In this document: piece by piece, positions 60,359-64,000 of the stretch
How positions within the stretch are numbered: position 1 is the stretch's first letter
How the letters are laid out: each line of letters opens with the position of its first letter
Source of the DNA: Candidatus Bathyarchaeota archaeon
Lineage (GTDB): Archaea; Thermoproteota; Bathyarchaeia; Bathyarchaeales; Bathycorpusculaceae
Length of the DNA stretch: 64,000 nt
Assembly (NCBI GenBank): GCA_963767735.1
Contig: CAVYES010000006.1
Location: 548,169-612,168 of the forward strand
Direction: 5' to 3'
Program-made: the position numbers and the translations under genes
Notes under the pieces: model-generated
Databases searched by the model: none
What the model was told of the DNA's origin: nothing
The model's input: the letters and a program-made list of their open reading frames with translations, nothing else

Positions 60359-62270
60359 AAGTTTCCAGTATTGCTGGGACAACGGTGTTGAGGCCAATTT
60401 TGTTATCCATGTAGTTGGCGAAGTTCATGGTTTTCTGTTTTTCCCCGTGGACGACAAAGATTCGTTCGGGTTTAGGTGTCAGGTGGGTTAGGTAATTGAC
60501 TAGTTGTCGTCTGTCTGAGTGTCCTGAGAAGCCTTCGATTGATACGTTTTGCATTTTGACTTGTAGGGCTGCCATTTTGCCTTCGTTGTCCATCATGGTG
60601 ACTTCGTTTACGCCTTTTTGGACTCTTCTGCCCATGGTGCCTTCGATTTGGTAGCTGACAAAAATTATTGTGTTTCTCTCGTCGTTTGCCCAGTTTTTGA
60701 AGTATTCTATTACTGGTCCGCCTTCAAGCATGCCTGAAGTTGCTAAAACGATGCATGGTTCTCCTTCTATAATGCTTTGTCTAACGCTTGGGTGCTCGAC
60801 GATGGTGAAGTAGTCGCTTTGGAACGGGTTGATTCCTTCGTGGAGAATGCTGTGGCGGACTTCTCTGCCGAGGTATTCTGGGTAGGCAGTGTGGATGGCT
60901 GTGGCTTCGCTGATCATGCCTTCGATGAAGACTGGTGCTTCTTTCATGAGACCGCGTTTCATGTAGCCGTCGATTATGAGCATGATTTCTTGGGCTCTGC
61001 CGACTGCTGGTACTGGAATTAGGACTTTGCCCTTGCGTTCCAAAGTCTGGTTTATGACGCGTGTCATGGCTTCTTCGGCTTCAGCCCTCGAAGGCATAAC
61101 ATCATCCGACCCGCCATAAGTGCTCTCAGTAATCACAGTCTCAATACGCGGAAACTCGGTGGCAGCAGCTTCCAGAAGCATGGTTCGGGCAAACTTGTAG
61201 TCGCTCGTATAAACAATATTATGTAAACCCTCCCCAATGTGCAGGTGAACCATGGCACCGCCCAAAATATGACCCGAATTATGAAGCGTCAAACGAATAT
61301 CGGGCGCAATGTCGGTGACAACCCCATACCTGAGTGGAATCGTGTGCAAAACGCATTCGCGAACATCCTTCTGGTCATAATGCGGTGTGACACCCTGCTT
61401 GCCAGCCACATCCAAGTAATCCAGCTGAAGCATAGTCATCAAATTCGAAGTTGGCCCCGTACAGTAAATTGGTCCATCATAACCATACTTGTACAGAAAC
61501 GGCGCTAAACCGCAGTGGTCAAGGTGAGCATGGCTAATAACCACGGCATCGAGCGAATCCATCTGGAATTCTGGACAATCAAACCTTGGAAACGCCTCAA
61601 AAGGCCGATTTGAACCAGGATTAATGCCGCAGTCCAAAAGTACGCTGCTTTCCCTGGTTTTAATCAGGAAGGCTGAGCGTCCAACTTCTTGGGCTCCACC
61701 CAGAACCGTCATGCGTAGGTCGCCGACCTCGTAGCTTTTGGGTCTAAAAATTCTCTCGCCAACAGTACGGAGGATTCGTTCTCTCTCTTTGCTTTCAGAG
61801 TGTAAATAGTGGCGCATGTGAGTAACAATCTTGGATTTTATCGGTGGGCTTCGCAGGACATGGGGGCGCCACTTGGTTTTCTTTATGATTTCCTGCAAAA
61901 CGGTTCCGTTTCTTCCAATTACCAAGCCGGGTTTTTTGGTTTCAATGATTATTTCGCCCAGGCTAGGGTCAAAGTTTATGTCGGTAATTTCGGCTTCAGG
62001 ATCAATAAGTTCCCGCGCGATTTTCTCCGCCTCAACCTCCGGCATCCTCACAGAGGGGTCGGGGCGTATAACTATCCTTTTTCGGATTACACCGACGATT
62101 TCAGCCACTATGCTGCTTTGATCAACCAAAATCTCCGGTTTCTTAGTATAAACGGCAAGCATAGGTCCTTCATATTCGATCCTGGTGACCTCTGCTTCTC
62201 TTGGAACTTTCTCCAGAATATATTGGCTAATCTCTATCTTTTCTCTATCTTTTTCTTGAGTTCGAGCCAA
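60345..62270 (-). CDS. fttA: aCPSF1/FttA KH-beta-CASP ribonuclease (transcription termination factor)
   Basis: KH domains, GGAQEVGRS, SHAHLDH, ESTYG, AVGRAQE, FSGHSD, VHGE. Confidence 0.96.
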   Translation of the reverse strand: MARTQEKDREKIEISQYILEKVPREAEVTRIEYEGPMLAVYTKKPEILVDQSSIVAEIVGVIRKRIVIRPDPSVRMPEVEAEKIARELIDPEAEITDINFDPSLGEIIIETKKPGLVIGRNGTVLQEIIKKTKWRPHVLRSPPIKSKIVTHMRHYLHSESKERERILRTVGERIFRPKSYEVGDLRMTVLGGAQEVGRSAFLIKTRESSVLLDCGINPGSNRPFEAFPRFDCPEFQMDSLDAVVISHAHLDHCGLAPFLYKYGYDGPIYCTGPTSNLMTMLQLDYLDVAGKQGVTPHYDQKDVRECVLHTIPLRYGVVTDIAPDIRLTLHNSGHILGGAMVHLHIGEGLHNIVYTSDYKFARTMLLEAAATEFPRIETVITESTYGGSDDVMPSRAEAEEAMTRVINQTLERKGKVLIPVPAVGRAQEIMLIIDGYMKRGLMKEAPVFIEGMISEATAIHTAYPEYLGREVRHSILHEGINPFQSDYFTIVEHPSVRQSIIEGEPCIVLATSGMLEGGPVIEYFKNWANDERNTIIFVSYQIEGTMGRRVQKGVNEVTMMDNEGKMAALQVKMQNVSIEGFSGHSDRRQLVNYLTHLTPKPERIFVVHGEKQKTMNFANYMDNKIGLNTVVPAILETFRLL

Positions 62271-62275
62271 AGATT

Positions 62276-62920
62276 TTAGCTTCCTGCCTTAAGAAGTTCG
62301 TTCTTTTCCTCCGCTGATAACTCGCGGTAACCGTTCTTGTCGATTACAGTGACATTGTAGTTGTTGCCGCTTGCGACGTCGCGCTTCATAGCAGCGTTTA
62401 CGGCTTTAACAACGATTGGAAGCACCTCAGCAATGCTCATGCCTTCATGGAACTTATCTTCAAGAATACCGTATGCGATTGGTGAACCTGAGCCTGTGGA
62501 AACCGATTTTTCCTCAGTTAAGCTGCCATACGGATCCAAATTGTAAACGTGTGGTCCAGTATCATCCACGCCGCCCACTAGAACCTGCGTCGCTAAAGGA
62601 ACGTAGCGTGCAGAAAACAGCAAGTTGGCAACCAGCCTCGCTGCAGCGCTAACAGGCATTGGCCTGTTCAAATTTATTTTGTACAGCTTCGCGTTAGCTG
62701 TAAGTATATCTACGACTTTTTGGGCGTCTGCAACGGTTCCAGCAATGGTCATGCCTAAATGATCATCGATTTGGTACACTTTTTTCCCGAATTTATGGGC
62801 AACATAGAAGCCCATCGTTACCCTTGTGTCAGAAGCCAAAATTACGCCATCTTTACAGACGACGCCAATCGTAGTTGTTCCTTTAAGGACTAATTGACTA
62901 GCATTATTATTTTGTGACAT
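62276..62920 (-). CDS. psmB: proteasome subunit beta
   Basis: Propeptide then G|TTTIG, GSGS, AMKRD.ASG. Confidence 0.96.
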   Translation of the reverse strand: MSQNNNASQLVLKGTTTIGVVCKDGVILASDTRVTMGFYVAHKFGKKVYQIDDHLGMTIAGTVADAQKVVDILTANAKLYKINLNRPMPVSAAARLVANLLFSARYVPLATQVLVGGVDDTGPHVYNLDPYGSLTEEKSVSTGSGSPIAYGILEDKFHEGMSIAEVLPIVVKAVNAAMKRDVASGNNYNVTVIDKNGYRELSAEEKNELLKAGS

Positions 62921-63168
62921 AGTTTTCGTGCTCCCCTAAAACACCGTTTCGCGGAGTGCCATATCCACTAGGAAGTAGCATCATGTAATCTTTCCGTGAA
63001 CTTTATTAATATTCCGCTTTTAGGTTCTGTTACTTCTTCGACTGCCCAATTTTCCATGTTACTTTTCGTCCGTTAGCTTATTTTGCTTGCTTCTTTTTCT
63101 CAGAAAAAAATAAATCAAAGCGTTCTTTTTAATTTTGTAACAAGTAATCGTAATAGGTGAAAAGAACT

Positions 63169-63333
63169 TTGAAGAAATCAGAAAAATCGCAAATAGAACA
63201 CAAAACTAAAGTTAAACAATCTGAAAAAAGTTGTCCGCCAAAGTCAATTAAGCAGATTGGACAATGCCTTAAAGAGATGTCTGATTGCGCAAAAGCAACT
63301 AAAGAACAAAATTCTTCTTCAATTGAGCCATAG
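63169..63333 (+). CDS. small hypothetical protein, 54 aa
   Basis: GGTGA SD, TTG start, Lys-rich with three Cys. Confidence 0.35.
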   Translation: MKKSEKSQIEHKTKVKQSEKSCPPKSIKQIGQCLKEMSDCAKATKEQNSSSIEP

Positions 63334-64000
63334 GAAGCTTTAGGTTACTATTGTTTTTTTGCTTGCATTTTCTATCAGATTTTTGATTTTGTTTTGCCCT
63401 TCGATAGTTATTCCGCATACTTCGCTCGGTGTTTTTCCGTCTAATGTTTCATGTAAGTCTGATGTAATTATGGAATAACTGTCTTGGACAAAGCAAAACT
63501 ACTGCACAAAGTCCCCCAGCAGAAACCCAAAAAAAGCTTGATTCAAACGACAAAGCATGTATAAAACGCACTGTTCTGCATGCAAAAGTGCGCGCTTTAG
63601 TTTTATGTTGAAGTATGTTGATCACATTTGAGCCTAATAGTATCATCTGGCAGCCGAATTGGCTTGAGCATACACAAAAAGCTAAGTTGGCACGCTGCAA
63701 ACTTTCTGGGTTGCTCAGATATGAAAAAACACTTCCGTTAAATAGTTTTTTCGTTATTGATTTTATTGAGTTTTGTATAAGGTTTTTTAGGAACCAATTG
63801 TTGTAAATGCTTGAATTAAGCTCTATACCGAAAAAAGAACTTGAAACAAGACCTGACCTAAACCGTCAACCTATAGACCTGCCCTAATTTTTGTGACAAA
63901 ATTCAGCCACAAAAATGGAGTGCATAAGCGACAAAGCCTCTCTCCATACTATTTACACCCAACACGCAACAGTAAAAGAGCCGAATAAACAGTCAACATG

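Noticed and set aside
549-63806. Numerous antisense and nested ORFs in the track
   Set aside because: Shadows of well-supported genes on the other strand or frame.

Overview
Archaeal chromosome segment, most consistent with Bathyarchaeia (TACK); this is inferred from gene content (egsA, aCPSF1 next to psmB, SepF, a Cren7-like Zn ribbon, large PQQ-like and Ig-like surface proteins). From left to right: (1) the tail of a virus-like region (~1-5000); (2) stress and toxin-antitoxin genes; (3) a ~16 kb island (8701-24865) anchored at an intron-containing tRNA-Ser(GGA) and built from three tandem modules separated by attP-like junctions. The largest module is a glutamine/asparagine/cation-pump unit with six copies of a TATGAACAAATC box, each 9 nt upstream of a TATA box, plus duplicated 32-aa membrane micropeptides; (4) a helically phased non-coding repeat array (25.1-25.6 kb); (5) a tRNA-Arg(CCT) that appears to carry an intron at the unusual position 9/10 and hosts a 5.4 kb element with an SSV1-style split integrase; (6) mostly housekeeping genes. 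Many single-base frameshifts, including in core genes, suggest consensus indel errors, so pseudogene calls are provisional. All family assignments come from motif recognition by eye; no database searches were run.
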